A stretch of 63,122 bases of DNA, counting the filler, from Octopus bimaculoides (Eukaryota): NCBI RefSeq assembly GCF_001194135.2. It is 5 parts of 5 records of this genome, joined end to end, with 100 filler letters (N's around TTAATTAATTAA, not from the genome) between each part and the next. Parts side by side here need not be neighbours in the genome. Positions count along the whole stretch, not along the records: positions 36,196 to 40,526 come from NC_068984.1; positions 40,627 to 60,866 come from NC_068982.1; 3 more parts are not named here. One strand, given 5' to 3'. This document shows, one piece after another, positions 36,196 to 49,310 of this stretch. How positions within the stretch are numbered: position 1 is the first letter of the stretch; each line of letters opens with the position of its first letter. Made by a program: the position numbers and the translations under genes. The notes below the pieces were generated by a model. It saw only the letters and a program-made list of their open reading frames with translations. It was not told the DNA's origin and searched no databases.

Positions 36196-38036
36196 ATTCA
36201 AATTAAAATTCAGAAAATGGAGATGTAGCATTAATATAATTCATTAACTGCAAAAATTCAACATATTCTCTTACAGCTGTTTCGATTCTGTCCAAAGGGG
36301 CGGCTTATATAGAGATGATGCTTTATTCATCATCCCTAGCAACAATAAATCTTTCATTGAATATGGTACTAGGATTGTTAATTTTTTAGACACTACTCTA
36401 AACATAGACGCTAGATTATACTACCCCTATAGAAAAGAGAATGAAGTTACTAGATATGTAAATAGATTATCTAATCACCTCCCAAATGTATTAAACTCTA
36501 TAGTAAAAAGTATTTCTGAAAGAATTACTAGATTATCTTCTAATATTGATATCTTTAATTCTAATTCACACTACTATAATGTAGCTTTATTTAAAGCAGA
36601 ATATGACCAGAAAATTTCTTTCCTTAGTCTTGGTAGGCCAACTCTTTTTGATATAAATAATAATAATAACCTGTGTTAGAAAATATTAATGGCAAAGTAA
36701 ATGATATAGCTACTCTACAAAATAAAAAGGATTCCATAACAAAAAAAAACTACTAATCATAATGATAATATTGTCCTAGAAAATAATAGTAATCAAAGTA
36801 TATCCTATATTCACTCACACAATAAATTTAAGAGTAAAAATAAAAACCCTATCTGGTTAAATATCCCTTTCAACTGTGCAATATCCATGAATATTTACAA
36901 AAAATTTATGAATATTTTACAAAGAAATTTCCCTTCTTCCCACAGATATAGTACAATATTTTCTTGTCATACAGTCCGAATTTCCAACTCTACCCTCCCT
37001 AATGTAGGTACAATCATAGCTAGGTTAAACAGAAAGAGCATTAGGTTAGCTAGAATCAATGAAGTTAGGAATAGTGGATATAGTTATATGAATATAAATA
37101 ATAATCTAACAAATGCCAATAGTAATATTGCAAATAATTATATAAATAAAAGTAGAAATAACAGTGACAATGGCAATTATGAGGATAATAGTAATATGCT
37201 TAGTCCTGTCAACCACAATTTTAACCAACAAATAGAATGTAGCAGTATTGATGCTGAGTGTAAAATTGAATTAGATGGTGGGCTCAACACTAGTGAAAAT
37301 AATGCGAATTATGGATCTAGTTCATATATAAAAACAGACAATAGCAATATGCCAAATGTTAGGGGAATAGTTCTAACTGATAGCACATTAGAAAACGAGT
37401 TAAATAGTAATGGAAATGATCAAAATATACCTAATAGTAGAATTGATAATGGTTGGCATTAGGAAGGGCATCCAGCTGTAGAAACTCTGCCAAATCAGAT
37501 CAGAGTCTGGTGTAGCCATCTGGTTCACCAGTCCTCGGTCAAATCGTCCAACCCATGGAAAGCAGACGTTAAACGATGATGATGATTGTAACAACAATTA
37601 TAACAACAATAATGGAGATATTAGTAATAATATAGGTGTGGTTGATAGCTTCACTAGGTGCAACTTCAGAAATAAGTCCCATTGTCCATTATTAGGCCGA
37701 TGTCGCAACCGTAACGTAGTTTACAAATGCATAATAAGTACGATAACTGAGAATTATATTTACGTAGGATCTAGCATTGATCTGAAACAGAGAATATATA
37801 ACCAAAGATTTACTTTTAGACTAAAACATAAGGCAAATAGTACATCATTAGCTAATAAAATTTGGGAGTTAAAGGATAATGGTATTAGTTTTAGCCTTAA
37901 ATGGGAAATTATAAGAAAAGCCCATCCTTATAGAAATAGTAGATATGGATGTGAACTATGTTCTATGGAAACATATGAAATTTTAAAACTTAGAAATAAT
38001 CCAAACCTAATTAATACTAGATTAGACCTTTTGTGA
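36196..38036 (+). mobile_element. Penelope-like element copy 2: RT C-terminal half, Asn-rich linkers, Cys motif, GIY-YIG endonuclease
   Basis: GGLYRDDAL (36299-), VNFLDTTL, YPYRKEN..RYVNRLSNHLP, IWLNIPFN, RNFPSSHRY, CNFRNKSHCPLLGRC, VVYK..YVG, KQR, KIWELK, CELC..E. The 5' end runs into a gap; there is a compensating frameshift pair at about 36670/36745 and an RTE-tail insertion. Confidence 0.9.
37451..37586 (+). mobile_element. 136-bp RTE 3'-tail insertion within the Penelope-like ORF
   Basis: GGTTGGCATTAGGAAGGGCATCCAGCTGTAGAAA...GACGTTAAACGATGATGATGAT; removing it rejoins the two reading frames. Confidence 0.85.
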
Positions 38037-38576
38037 TTTTGAGTTTTGTGAAAACGGTTGTGACTTCGGTGAACTCTTTGATAAATATAATGTTTTCATC
38101 AAACATCTAGCCTATATTAACCCACTAGACTTCAAAATGAAAAGTAGATTTTGCAAAAATGAAAAATATCTAAAAGCGTGAAAAATCGACTGGAAAACAC
38201 GAAATAAGCATTTTCAACTTTTGTTGCTTTTTCATGTTTATTTGCAATATTTTGTGACTTTGAGATTTCTGAAAATGGTTTTGACTTCGGTGAACTCTTT
38301 GATAAATATAATGTTTTCATCAGCCATCTAACCTATATTAACCCACTAGACTTCAAAATGAAAAGTGGTTTTTGCAAAAATGAAAGCTATCTATAAGTGT
38401 GAAAAAACGACTGGAAAACACAAAATTCGAATTTTCAAATTTTGTCGTTATTTCATGCTTATTTGCAAGATTTTGTTACTTTGAGATTTGTAAAAATGGT
38501 TGTGACTTCGATGAACTCTTTGATAAATATAATGTTTTCAACAACCATCTAGCTTATATTAACCCATTTGACTTCA
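38030..38576. repeat. 221-bp tandem repeat, about 2.5 copies
   Basis: GACTTCGRTGAACTCTTTGATAAATATAATG at 38062, 38283 and 38504. Confidence 0.95.
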
Positions 38577-38619
38577 CTTGGCTGCCATTTGACATCACCT
38601 GTCTTTTATTTTATTTTAT

Positions 38620-38654
<35 letters not shown>

Positions 38655-38659
38655 TAATA

Positions 38660-38810
38660 TTATCATCATCTTTTAATGTCCATCTTCCAAGCTGATATGA
38701 ATTGGATGATTTTGACCAGATCCAAGTTTAAGGACTGCATTGTGCTTCAATATCTGCTTTGGCATGTTTTCTATTGCTGGACGCCCTTCCTAACACCAAC
38801 TACATAGGAA
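38660..38810 (-). mobile_element. RTE 3'-tail fragment
   Basis: (CAT)n-TTTAATGTCCATC...GGACGCCCTTCCTAACACCAAC. Confidence 0.65.
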
Positions 38811-39429
38811 GTCACACACTCACACACACACATACACATCCACACATGCATGTTTTATTGAAAAGCTAACTAATGTGCTAGTATTATCCTTCTTTTGTTA
38901 AGGTTTTTGTGAGTGCCTTGCTGTTTGTTTGGAACAATAATAAATACTCTTAAATCCATGGTCAATATTTTTGAATTTTTTCACCATCTTTATGTTATGA
39001 AGTGTTATTGGCGTGTATAACTGCCCCTTTTGTAGTAAGTAAATGTTATTTCAAAACAGAGGCAGTTACACATGCCAATAACATTCTGCATCCTGATGAT
39101 GATGCTGTGAAAGTCTAGAAATATTAAGAACTTTATTCTAAATAACAAAGTTCTTAAATCTATAAACAATTCTTAATAAAATAAATAAACTAGAATATAG
39201 TCATGTCTTCAGTATGTCATGTCTAAAAGAGTTGTTCCTTCCCCCCCACACACACACTGGAGCTCAACGCAGCCCTACAGCTTATTGGAATCTATAAAAC
39301 TGTCAAACCCATAACAGCATGGAGAATGTACATTGAATGTTGATGATGCTAATAATAAGGATTTACTTGAATATATATATATAATGTAAATAATATATAT
39401 ATGCATATATACATACATACATGTACATA

Positions 39430-39900
39430 CTTATATATATATGTATATACACATGCTTATATGGGTTCAGGACATCAAAAAACGTAAACAATATGAAAAA
39501 TGGGAACATGAATTACAACAACATGGAAAACAAACTTTTTTTTTGCAAACAACGAAAGAAACAAATAGAAAAACAAGACAGGAAACATAAGAACAATCCC
39601 TTCATCAGTTGTCCACTGTTTTATCTACTCCGCGTTTCGAGCACTAGGACAAGATGCGTCTTTGTCAAAACAGTTGCTCCTGCAAGACAAATTAAATAAA
39701 ATTTAGGATTTGCAAAGGGTCAAAGTTGGTAACAAACATAGGACAGTGAAAACAAACGGTAAGCCATAACAAGGTGAAGTGGTGAATGCTGAAGAAATAA
39801 GCTTTGACAGGAGACAGACAAAATACGTGCTATCCCTGTAGCTAAAGGAGAAGAAAGAAATAAATATTAATGTGAGTTTAGAGAGATATAATATCTGGGC
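39430..39900. repeat. Dispersed repeat whose 5' part recurs at 51915-52010; contains GAAAC and CTGATGA motifs on the minus strand
   Basis: CAGGACATCAAAAAACGT..AAACA shared between the two loci. Confidence 0.5.
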
Positions 39901-40159
39901 AGATACCATGGTAGATCTCAGTTATGTTCCAGGTTATGGCTAACTGCATTGATTAGTATTTCACGTCTATGACTACAAAGAGTTGTCATGCATGCTGTAA
40001 ATTCTTCCGACGGGTAATTCCATGTTCGCTTCACTGGATGATAATTTTATCTAGAGTGTATATTAGCAATAATTATATACATAGAGAATATGGAGACTGA
40101 GGATGTACCAATCTCCATATTCTCTGTTGTTATAATTATTGCTTATATATATATATGTG

Positions 40160-40526
40160 AATACCCGGTCAATGTGAATACCCGTCAGAGTGTAAGTATC
40201 TTGAGAGAAAAGCTGAACATTAGAAGCATCAGTTGTGGTGTGCAAGAGAGACGATTGCGCTGGTATGGACATGTGGTGAGAATGGATGAGGATAGCTGCG
40301 TGAAAAAGTGCCACACCCTAACAGTTGAGGGAACCCGTGGAAGAGGTAGGCCCAGGAAGACCTGGGCTGAGGTGGTGAGGCAAGACCTTCGTACATTGGG
40401 CCTCACCGAGGCGATGACTACTGACCGAGACCTTTGGAAATATGCTGTGCGTGAGAAGACCCGGCAAGCCAAGTAAGATCGTTGCCAGTGCCCCTGGACT
40501 GGCTCTTGTGCGGGTGGCACATGAGA
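40160..40526 (+). mobile_element. RTE LINE 3' end, well preserved
   Basis: LREKLNIRSISCGVQERRLRWYGHVVRMDEDSCVKK...GRGRPRKTWAEVVRQDL...DRDLWK, stop at 40476, then the UTR runs into a gap. Confidence 0.9.
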
Positions 40527-40877
40527 NNNNNNNNNNNNNNNNNNNNNNNNNNNNNNNNNNNNNNNNNNNNTTAATTAATTAANNNNNNNNNNNNNNNNNN
40601 NNNNNNNNNNNNNNNNNNNNNNNNNNATATATCTTTTTGGGAATGGTGAAACTCAAGGCAGAAAAGCTATGAATAATATAGAGTAGATATTGAGATATTT
40701 GGATAGAATAAGTCAGAGGCTGCCCATGGTTCATGAACTCACGTCTTCTTTCTCAATGTTTTTTAATTCTTATGACATTCAATAATATATATATATATAT
40801 GTATGTATATATATATGTATGTATATATATATGTATGTATGTATGTATATGCATGTGCATGTGTGTGTGTATATATA

Positions 40878-40930
<53 letters not shown>

Positions 40931-41412
40931 AGGGAAAGAGATTGCATTTGTATGTGCCTATCTATATCTATAAGTATGTATGTATGTATGTATGTATGTA
41001 TGTATGTATGTATAAGAGCATACCAATAGAAGTAATATAGTTTACATGAAGAATTGTGAAAATGTGGTTTAGAAAGTCACTGCATTGTGAGTTAGAATTA
41101 CTGGAATGAAAAGAAAAGACGAAACAAAGTCACAGCTTGTACTTTTACATTATATATTTTGACATTTTGGCTTCATAAATCCTTCATCAAGAGGAAATGG
41201 ATATTGAGCCTAGATCTGGTGAGCTTATGAGCACATGGTCATGGAGATGGCAGTGGTGGGTTGGTGGGTTTTGAAGTGTTCCACTATTCATAGATTGGAA
41301 GTGTTATGTTAACCTACTGCTATGATACAGCTCCTGTCTGTTGTTGATAGTAGGATTTAATTTAGTTATTAGAAAAGCTTCCTTAACCTTTTCTCATTCT
41401 TTAAAAGTGAAG

Positions 41413-41672
41413 GCACATAGCTTAGTGGTTAGGGTATTCGGTTCACAATCGTAAAGTCGTAAGTTCAATTCTTGGTGATGAGTTGAGTCCTTGAGCAAGA
41501 CACTTTATTTCATGTTGCTCCAGTCCACTCAGCTGGTAAAAATGAGTAGTACCTGTATTTCAAAGGCCCAGCCTTGTCACACTCTGAGTCACACTAAATC
41601 TCTCTGAGAACTACGTAAAGAGTAATTGTCTCTGTGGAGTTTTACAATGAGGCTGTTCCATTGATCGGATCA
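41413..41672 (+). mobile_element. SINE family D copy
   Basis: Aligns with 16152-16463. Confidence 0.8.
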
Positions 41673-41674
41673 AA

Positions 41675-41980
41675 CAGCCAACCCCAGTACTTTTTATTTT
41701 CGAAGCCTGGTGCTTATTCTATCGATCTCATTTGCCAAACCACTAAGTTGTCAAGTGGTGGTGAGAGGAAAACACAGACACAAACACACACACACACACA
41801 CACCCATACACACACACGATGGGCTATTTTCAGTTTTTGTCTACCAAATCCATTCACAAGGCTTTGGTTGACCTGAGGCTATAGTGGAAGACACTTGCCT
41901 AAGGTGTCATGCATTGAGACTGAACCAAGAACATGTGGTTGGGGAATAAGCTTCTTACCACAGAGCTACACTTGCACCTA
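41675..41980 (-). mobile_element. SINE family B copy
   Basis: Family B motifs. Confidence 0.8.
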
Positions 41981-42171
41981 ATGACAAAGTTATTTTACTA
42001 AATCTAAATCTTTCCTTATTCTCAAAATGAATTGAAACAAAGTTGTATTTCAACAGAAATATGGTAATAAAAGGGTTAAAGGATACATTCATACAAATGC
42101 TTCTTATTTGGATACGTCAGTCACCATTATTGCCACAGAGTGTAATATTGGAAATTTGAGGATTAATGAGG

Positions 42172-42505
42172 TTATTACCTCTGCCTTTGCTAAGTCGGAG
42201 GTAATAACCTTATTTTCAGTCATGTTTGTTTGTTTGTTCATTAGTCTGTGGACAAGATATTTTAAGAACTGCTGGATGGATTTGAATGAAACTTACAGGG
42301 ATGTTTGGCCTCATGGCTGGCACAGTCTCATTAGATTTTGGGATCGATCTTGTACTGGATAAGGATTCTGGATTACTTTTCCTGTTTTTTTAACTTAATT
42401 TGTGAGAGCAGTCAAGTTTATTTCAGATATTCTCATTTTAAAAATCATCTCCAGCTAATTGTTGAGAGGACACTGGTATCGCCTTGTCTCTGAGTGCTCT
42501 TGTTT
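42172..42505 (+). mobile_element. Non-autonomous Helentron-type (HINE/DINE-like) element
   Basis: 5' inverted ATTACCTCTG..CGGAGGTAAT, (GTTT)n microsatellite, a core GGATGGATTTGAATGAAACTT, and the end CTCTGAGTGCTCTTGTT. Confidence 0.6.
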
Positions 42506-43074
42506 TTATTAAGATGTTAAAAACAACACTATCAACCATGTTGCATGTTGCAAATTGTTAATGTAGCAATGCGAATTTACAGGTTACGTTTGTATAAACG
42601 TTGTTTTACTGTCATGTGATATTAAAGAATAAACATAGAAAGTGTAAGTCATTGCTTTTTGCATTGCTTTTGTTTTTTGCCTTTATTTCTAACTGGCATT
42701 ATAATGATTTTCAAAGACATTTCTAAGCATATCCTCCTCCTCCTCCTCCTCCTCCTCCTCCNNNNNNNNNNNNNNNNNNNNNNNNNNNNNNNNNNNNNNN
42801 NNNNNNNNNNNNNNNNNNNNNNNNNNNNNNNNNNNNNNNNNNNNNNNNNNNNNNNNNNNNNNNNNNNNNNNNNNNNNNNNNNNNNNNNNNNNNNNNNNNN
42901 NNNNNNNNNNNNNNNNNNNNNNNNNNNNNNNNNNNNNNNNNNNNNNNNNNNNNNNNNNNNNNNNNNNNNNNNNNNNNNNNNNNNNNNNNNNNNNNNNNNN
43001 NNNNNNNNNNNNNNNNNNNNNNNNNCCTCCTCCTCTCTCTTCCTCCTCCTCCTCTCTCTTCCTCCTCTTCTCTC

Positions 43075-43225
43075 TTCTTTCAGTTTCCATCTGCAAAATC
43101 CACTCACAGGGCTTTGGTTGGCTCGAAACTATAGTAGAAGACCACTGCCCAAGGTGCCAGACAGTGAGACTGAACCCAAAACCATATGGTTGGGAAGCAA
43201 GCTTCTCATTACACAGCCACGCCTG
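43075..43225 (-). mobile_element. SINE family B 5' half
   Basis: Family B head and body motifs. Confidence 0.75.
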
Positions 43226-43842
43226 AAATTTCTGCCAGATTGTATGGAGGATTCCTTTGGAATTTGGTAAAAAGGCAGTAGATTGCCTTTGCCTTTACAA
43301 ACATACATGCTGGCTGATTTTATGCTTTCTTACATCATACTAGTGTGAATTCATATTCTTATACTTGACACAAATCACGAATTCATTGAGAATACAAATG
43401 ACAAATAAACATCTGGAAAACTAATTAAAACTAAAATCTTCCATGTTAGATCCTGTTTTCATAAATGTTGCCTCACCAGATGCAATTTCAATGAAGTAAT
43501 TAAATTATAAAAAAAGGTAAATGAATAAGTTATTTGTCTTAAAATTCAGTTTATATTCTGTCTGCCAATTATTAATTTAAATAACATTAACAAACATTTA
43601 CATCTATTGTAAAAATAGTCACATGTATTAAGGCAGTGGTAAATTTCAGCAATCTCTGAATACACAAAAAGTTCTCTGCTTGTGTTAATAATAAAAAAGT
43701 TCTTTGCTTGTGTTAGTGATCTTTGTCATGGTCAGGTAGTCATGTGAGGGCTACCTCAGAATAGGGATATAAATAAGTAAGTAAGAAGTGAATAAAATTT
43801 GCAATGGAGTTTTAAAACTTCTTAAGAATATATATATATGTA

Positions 43843-44222
43843 TTGGGTCATCCCATAAATAATGTGGGTTTTTTTTTACATTTCTTTTATTTTTCAAAAT
43901 TAAGATAAACAAAGTTCTTTTTTTTTTTTTTAATCTCTCCTTCATTTTCTACAATGCTCTTCCATTTATCTGGTAGTCTTGCAAGGCCCCTCTTCCGAAA
44001 TTCACTCGTCCATTACAAAAAATACTCCTCCAGTATTATTCTGACCTCGTCTGCAGAATTCATATTTTTACTGTCCAAATGATTTTGAAGACTTCAGAAT
44101 AAATTATAATCAGATAGGGCAATGTCTGGCGAATATGGTGGGTGGAGCATCGTTTCCCAGTCAAACTGCTCCAGCCTTTGGAATATCATTATCGTTGTAT
44201 GTGGCCGAGCATTATCCTGATG
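43843..44222 (-). mobile_element. Mariner 3' fragment with one TIR
   Basis: Translates HQDNARPHT...EQFDWETMLHPPYSPDIALSDYNLF*SLQNHL; TIR-like TATTGGGTCATCCCATAAATAATG at about 43842. Confidence 0.85.
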
Positions 44223-44554
44223 GGTAGAGCAGGACCCAAAAAACTGTTCTATTTGGTACACCTAAGATTTTCAGATTAGTGCTTGGGTGTTGAGTGCCCT
44301 CCACATTAAGTTAACACCCAGGTACTAAAGCTTATGATTTGTAGAAAGAGACTCTGCGAGACCTCTGACAATAAGTTGCTGTCTACTCTCACAGAATCAA
44401 CTAGAGCAAGTAATACTGAGAGTTCTGAGAAAAAAAAAAAAAAAAAATAATAATAATAATGATAGGCATAAGGTGAACTCTTGCTGAGAAGAGTTAATCA
44501 ATAACATTAACACCAGTACTTGATTGGTACATTTTTTTATAGTAATAATATTGA

Positions 44555-44762
44555 TTTCAAATTTTGGCACAAGGCCAGCAATTTTGGGGAAGGGATCAAT
44601 TGATTACTTGACCCCAGTACTCAACTAGTACTTATTTGGTTGACTCTGAAAAGATGGAAGGCAAAGTTGACCTCAGCAGAATTTGAACTCATAACATAAA
44701 GACGGACGAAATGCTGCAAAGCATTTCACCTGCTGTGCAAATGATTCAGCCAGTTTGCTGTC
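44555..44762 (-). mobile_element. SINE family A copy
   Basis: Family motifs present. Confidence 0.85.
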
Positions 44763-45537
44763 TTTATAATGGTAATATTAACCAACAAGAATGTGTTTAC
44801 TTTTCTTTGCTTTCCATTCTAAAATTACTATACATTTAAAAAAATAACTAAATTTATAGATAAAAAGTTGTAAGAACAAACAATAGAAATACAATAACAA
44901 GGAAATGACCTTTAAAAGCCAATATTAACATTATTTCCCACCTACACATGCATGCACGCACACTCAACGCTTTTCTTCCATTACCATCACCATGGACAAC
45001 ACATCATTTGAGCCATGGAATAAGCCTTTATATGGTCATAGAGCAAGTGAAGGAGGGAGCGGCTATGCATTGACTCAACCTGTTAGAAATAACAGCGAAA
45101 TCACTCTTAAGTCAAAGCCTATCAAATTAAAATATTTAATTGTGTAGAGTATACTCTTGTATACCACTTGGTACTTGGTGTGGAGGCCCAGGGAGACAGT
45201 CTGGGGAGGTGGGGATGACACCAACTGCCTTACTCACCATCCAAGGTTCAGAGAAGTGGAAAGCCCTGTGGTGATGGAGTGAATGTAACAACAGTAAGTG
45301 TAAATAACTGGAAGTTACTTGCAAGAACTTTGCACACAGGTGGCTCACTCTCAGTAGTTGAGTCAGTGCTGAACTCTGAGCATCAGCAGGCTGAGATAGC
45401 AGCGTGAATGCCTGGGAAGCCCTTTCATGCATAAATCGATGACATAGGCATGGCTCTGTCGTTAAGCAGTCAGTTTTGCAATCACAAGGTTACAGGTTCA
45501 ATTCCATTGAAGGTAACTTTTGGTTAATATTTTCTAC

Positions 45538-45868
45538 AATAGCTCAGTGGTTAGAGTGTTGGGCTCACAATCAGGAGATAGTGAGTTTGATTCCCAACCC
45601 GGGCTGTGTGTTGTGTTCTTCAGGAAGACACTTTGTTTCATGTTGCTCCAGTCTACTCTGCTGTAGAAATGAGTTGTGATGTCACTGGTGCCAAGCTGTG
45701 TTGGCCTTTGCCTTTCCCTTGGATAACATCAGTGGCATGTAGAGGGGTGCGGCTGTTATGCATGAGTGACTGCTGGTTTTCAATGAACAACCTTGCCCAG
45801 ATTTGTGCCTCGGAGGGGAACTTTCTCAGTACAATTCCATGGTCATTCTTGACCAAAGTGGGGTCCTT
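45538..45868 (+). mobile_element. SINE family C copy
   Basis: Aligns with 27432-27735. Confidence 0.85.
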
Positions 45869-46025
45869 TAGCCTTAAGTTAAAACGAGTCTCATGTGTGA
45901 ATCAGGGAAATTAAAAACTATTTTGAAACTTAATGGTTTGGTTGTACTTGTTATTCAAAATGCTAGCTTTGTTACATACCATGTCATGCAGATTTTGATT
46001 AAGGTTTACTCTAAGGATATGAATA

Positions 46026-46242
46026 AGAGGGTGTTGAAAAGTTTCTGGCTTTAAGGGTATCATGGAAGGCCTGGTTGGAGGCCTAACCTTCTGAGTTCTT
46101 TTACAGGGCTTAGAAAAACTGAAGGACCACTGCAATAAGTGTGTCAATCTGAGAGGGGGAATATGTTCAATAAAATCATAATTAACTGATTCTCCTGTAT
46201 TTTCTTTTACCCCAAAGTCAGGAACTTTTCAGCATCCCCTCA
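46026..46242. mobile_element. Mariner-derived MITE
   Basis: TIRs GAGGGTGTTGAAAAGTTTCTGGCT / AGTCAGGAACTTTTCAGCATCCCCTC, TA on both sides; interior resembles a mariner C-terminus (GLRKTEGPLQ*VC). Confidence 0.8.
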
Positions 46243-46875
46243 TATGTCTATGGAATACTTAGCCACCTATACTACAATTCACTAAGTTGGTAGTTCAGTT
46301 GACTGAACTGTTGGGGTACCAATCATAATCCATTTAATGTTTCCTTCTGAATAAAAAGATAAGATAATCTAGGGCAAAACAGTAATGATATCACAACGAT
46401 ATTGAAAATGGTTACAACAAGCATCAGGTCAGGAAAATCCTGCTACTTTTACCATGTAATCCATTACTACTTGTTTTGTGGTCAGGTGGATGGTGACTAA
46501 ACTGGCTCTCTCACCTGACTTGCCATCACCTCTATTCTTGGACACACACTCACACACACAGAGGCAAATTGATTTTTTCATTGTTGATTCCATTCCCTAT
46601 ATGAGCATAAATGTAATTCTTTCCCAGATAAATCGTACTTCATAGTCAAGGCTCCAATGGAGCTGTAAAGTGTTATTCAGGCTCTCAGCTATGAGTCAAC
46701 TACATCTTATAGCAGAAACAGCCATAAGCTAATGAAGTTCATAAGATAATCATTTATTCCTTTGCTATTTCTCTTTCTTATTATTGCTCTATGCCCAGCC
46801 AATGCTTCATTCAGAGACATGCATATGCTGAGTTCTACATTGGGTTACTGGCCTCACAATGCCTAAGCAAAATGG

Positions 46876-46916
<41 letters not shown>

Positions 46917-46949
46917 TGATGATGATGATGATATATATATATATATATC

Positions 46950-47360
46950 ATCATCATCATCATCATCATCACCATCATTTAGCGTTTGCTTTCCATGCTG
47001 GCATGGGTTAGACGGATTGACTGGAACTGGTAAGTCTGAGAACTGCACCAAGTTCCAGTCTGATTTGGAGTGATTTCCTAACAGCAACCACTCCAAGAGT
47101 TTAATGAGTGCTTTTTACATGCACTGGCATGGCCACTGGCACAAGTACCAGTTATGTGACACCGGCATCAGCCACAGCTATGATTTCACTTGGCTCGACG
47201 GGTCTTCTCAAGCATGGCATATCACCATTAGCCTTAATCACTTGTCATCACTTCCATGAGGCCCAACATTTGAAGATTATGCTTCACCACCTTGTCCCAT
47301 GTCTACCTGAGTCTACCTCTTCCACAGGTTTCCGCCACAGTTAGAGATCAGCACTTATTT
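46950..47360 (-). mobile_element. RTE LINE 3' end with a short UTR array
   Basis: Tail, one GTGCTTTTTAC unit, then ORF-tail homology. Confidence 0.75.
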
Positions 47361-48074
47361 ACACAGTAGTCTTTCAGTATTTCTCCATCATTTTCACCAA
47401 TTTGTCTCTGTACATATAAGGTGCTTTATCAGCCAGCAATGACTGGGATCTTATATCTGCTTAGTGTTGACAGATGGAAAAAAAGAGCACTTGATACCAT
47501 AATAGTAATTAATAATATTTTATTTTGGTTCAGTCAGTCTTAAACCACTTTGAGTTTCACCTTTGGGTGTACAGGGTCTTAAGTTACAACTGAAACAAAG
47601 AGCAGACAATTAGATGTTTCACCATCATCTTGACCAAATAGTCTTTGCACATATGAAGTGCTCTACTGGCTGGTAATCACTGTGGATATTTTTTGTGGGC
47701 TTTTAGACAGTTTCTTCCTTTGGTGGGCTCTTGGATAGTTTCTGCCTGGCATATTTCACTCATCTCCATAACTCACACGTCACATTGAATGGTGCATACA
47801 CACGGTTCTTTGCAGCTGCACCTAACTTGGTCCCTTGTGGTTATGATTGTGAAATGAATTTCTTAACCTGTGACCTTGTCTACCCCCATACTTAAGTTAT
47901 ATTTGTGTATTTTTATAATTAGCTAGACACTGTGCTTCTAGATTTCAGTATTTCTGACTTTCTTCTTTCTTTTGCAACAGATTATGGAATCAAGCCTCTT
48001 CAATACTTTCAATACATTCTCAATTAACTTAAACCATATAAGGTTTTACTATGCTGTACTATCTCTAGAGACAC

Positions 48075-48210
48075 ATGGCTCAGTGGTTAGAGTACTGGAC
48101 TTACAATCATGAGATTCTGAGCTCAATTCCACAAACAATCTTGCCCAGACTTGTGCCTAGGAGGGGAACTTTCTAGGAGCACTCTCTTGGTCATTCGTGA
48201 CCAAAGATAG
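48075..48210 (+). mobile_element. SINE family C copy with internal deletion
   Basis: Head joined directly to the family C 3' end. Confidence 0.7.
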
Positions 48211-48961
48211 TCACTACTGTTTTTACCATCTTCAAAGTACTTCAGTTTCCACCATTTTACATCTTACTTTCTTTGTATAAACCAGCTGATTCCCACACAT
48301 TTAAATATTTTTCTATGAATTATTGAAGCCATTGTTTGTATAGCTCTGGCTTATCTATTGTTAACTATTCAAGAGAGACAAAGCAGTATAATCTATTTTC
48401 TGTTTGACACACTTTGGTGAAGTGATTAACACTTGAAATAGATTTTTTTTAGCACAAGTCATTATCATCAATGTCTTAGTAACCCATTTACAACACAATG
48501 TTGCCATTCATTTTGAAAATTATCAAGAATTTAGAAAGGCTTAATAAAAATGTCATCATTAAACTGATGTGTGGAACAACAATAGATGTTTTACATAAAA
48601 TTATGATGAGGGTTTTTAATTTCAGTGTAGCTACTTTAAATTTGGCAGTTCTGTATTACAGAATCACAGCCATATATGGATATGTATTTAAAGGTTTAAA
48701 AGCTAGTCTTTACTCTTGGGAATAAATAATATAATGGGATTATAGGATTATATGTGGATGCTGATTTAGTTCAAACAACAAACTTCCTATGTTTTTTTTT
48801 TCCTTTCCTAAATCTGAAGCATCGTGATGACATGAAAAGAAATAATTTTTATTTTATTACAGTTTAATATCATTCATACTTATTGTTATTATTTAACCCT
48901 AGGCAAACAAGTGATTTCTTATCCCTCTGTGGACGATAAAATAAATAGGCACCAGTTAGAA

Positions 48962-49310
48962 ATAGAGGTCAATCTTAATAGACTAACTAACTGGCAATCC
49001 ATCAGTTATGTTGATGAGTGCTCCAGTCGACCCAATCAATAGAACAGCCTGGAACAGCCCGCTTGTGAAATTAACATGCAAGTGGCTGAGTACTCCATAG
49101 ACATGCATACACTTAATGTAGTTCTCAGGGAGATTCAGTGTGCCACACAATGGGATAAGGCTGGCCCCTTGAAGTGTAGGTACTATAAATTTTTTTCCAG
49201 CTGAGTGGAGCAATGTGAAATAAAGTGTTTTACTCAAGGACACAATGCACCACCAGGAATTGAACTCATGATCTTACAGCCATGAGTCAAATACCCTAAC
49301 CATGGAGCCT
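48962..49310 (-). mobile_element. SINE family D copy
   Basis: Reverse complement of family D. Confidence 0.8.

Noticed and set aside
38034-38054. In-frame TGA codons after the GIY-YIG ORF as possible selenocysteine recoding (reported for some Naiad PLEs)
   Set aside because: The TGAs coincide with the start of the 221-bp repeat, the read-through peptide does not restore the expected C-terminal motif, and no SECIS was seen.
39090-39125. CTGATGA...GAAA as a further hammerhead
   Set aside because: No stem II pairing between the core halves.
45136-45432. 98-aa minus-strand ORF in a GC-richer patch
   Set aside because: No recognisable domain or splice signals; probably an unclassified repeat.
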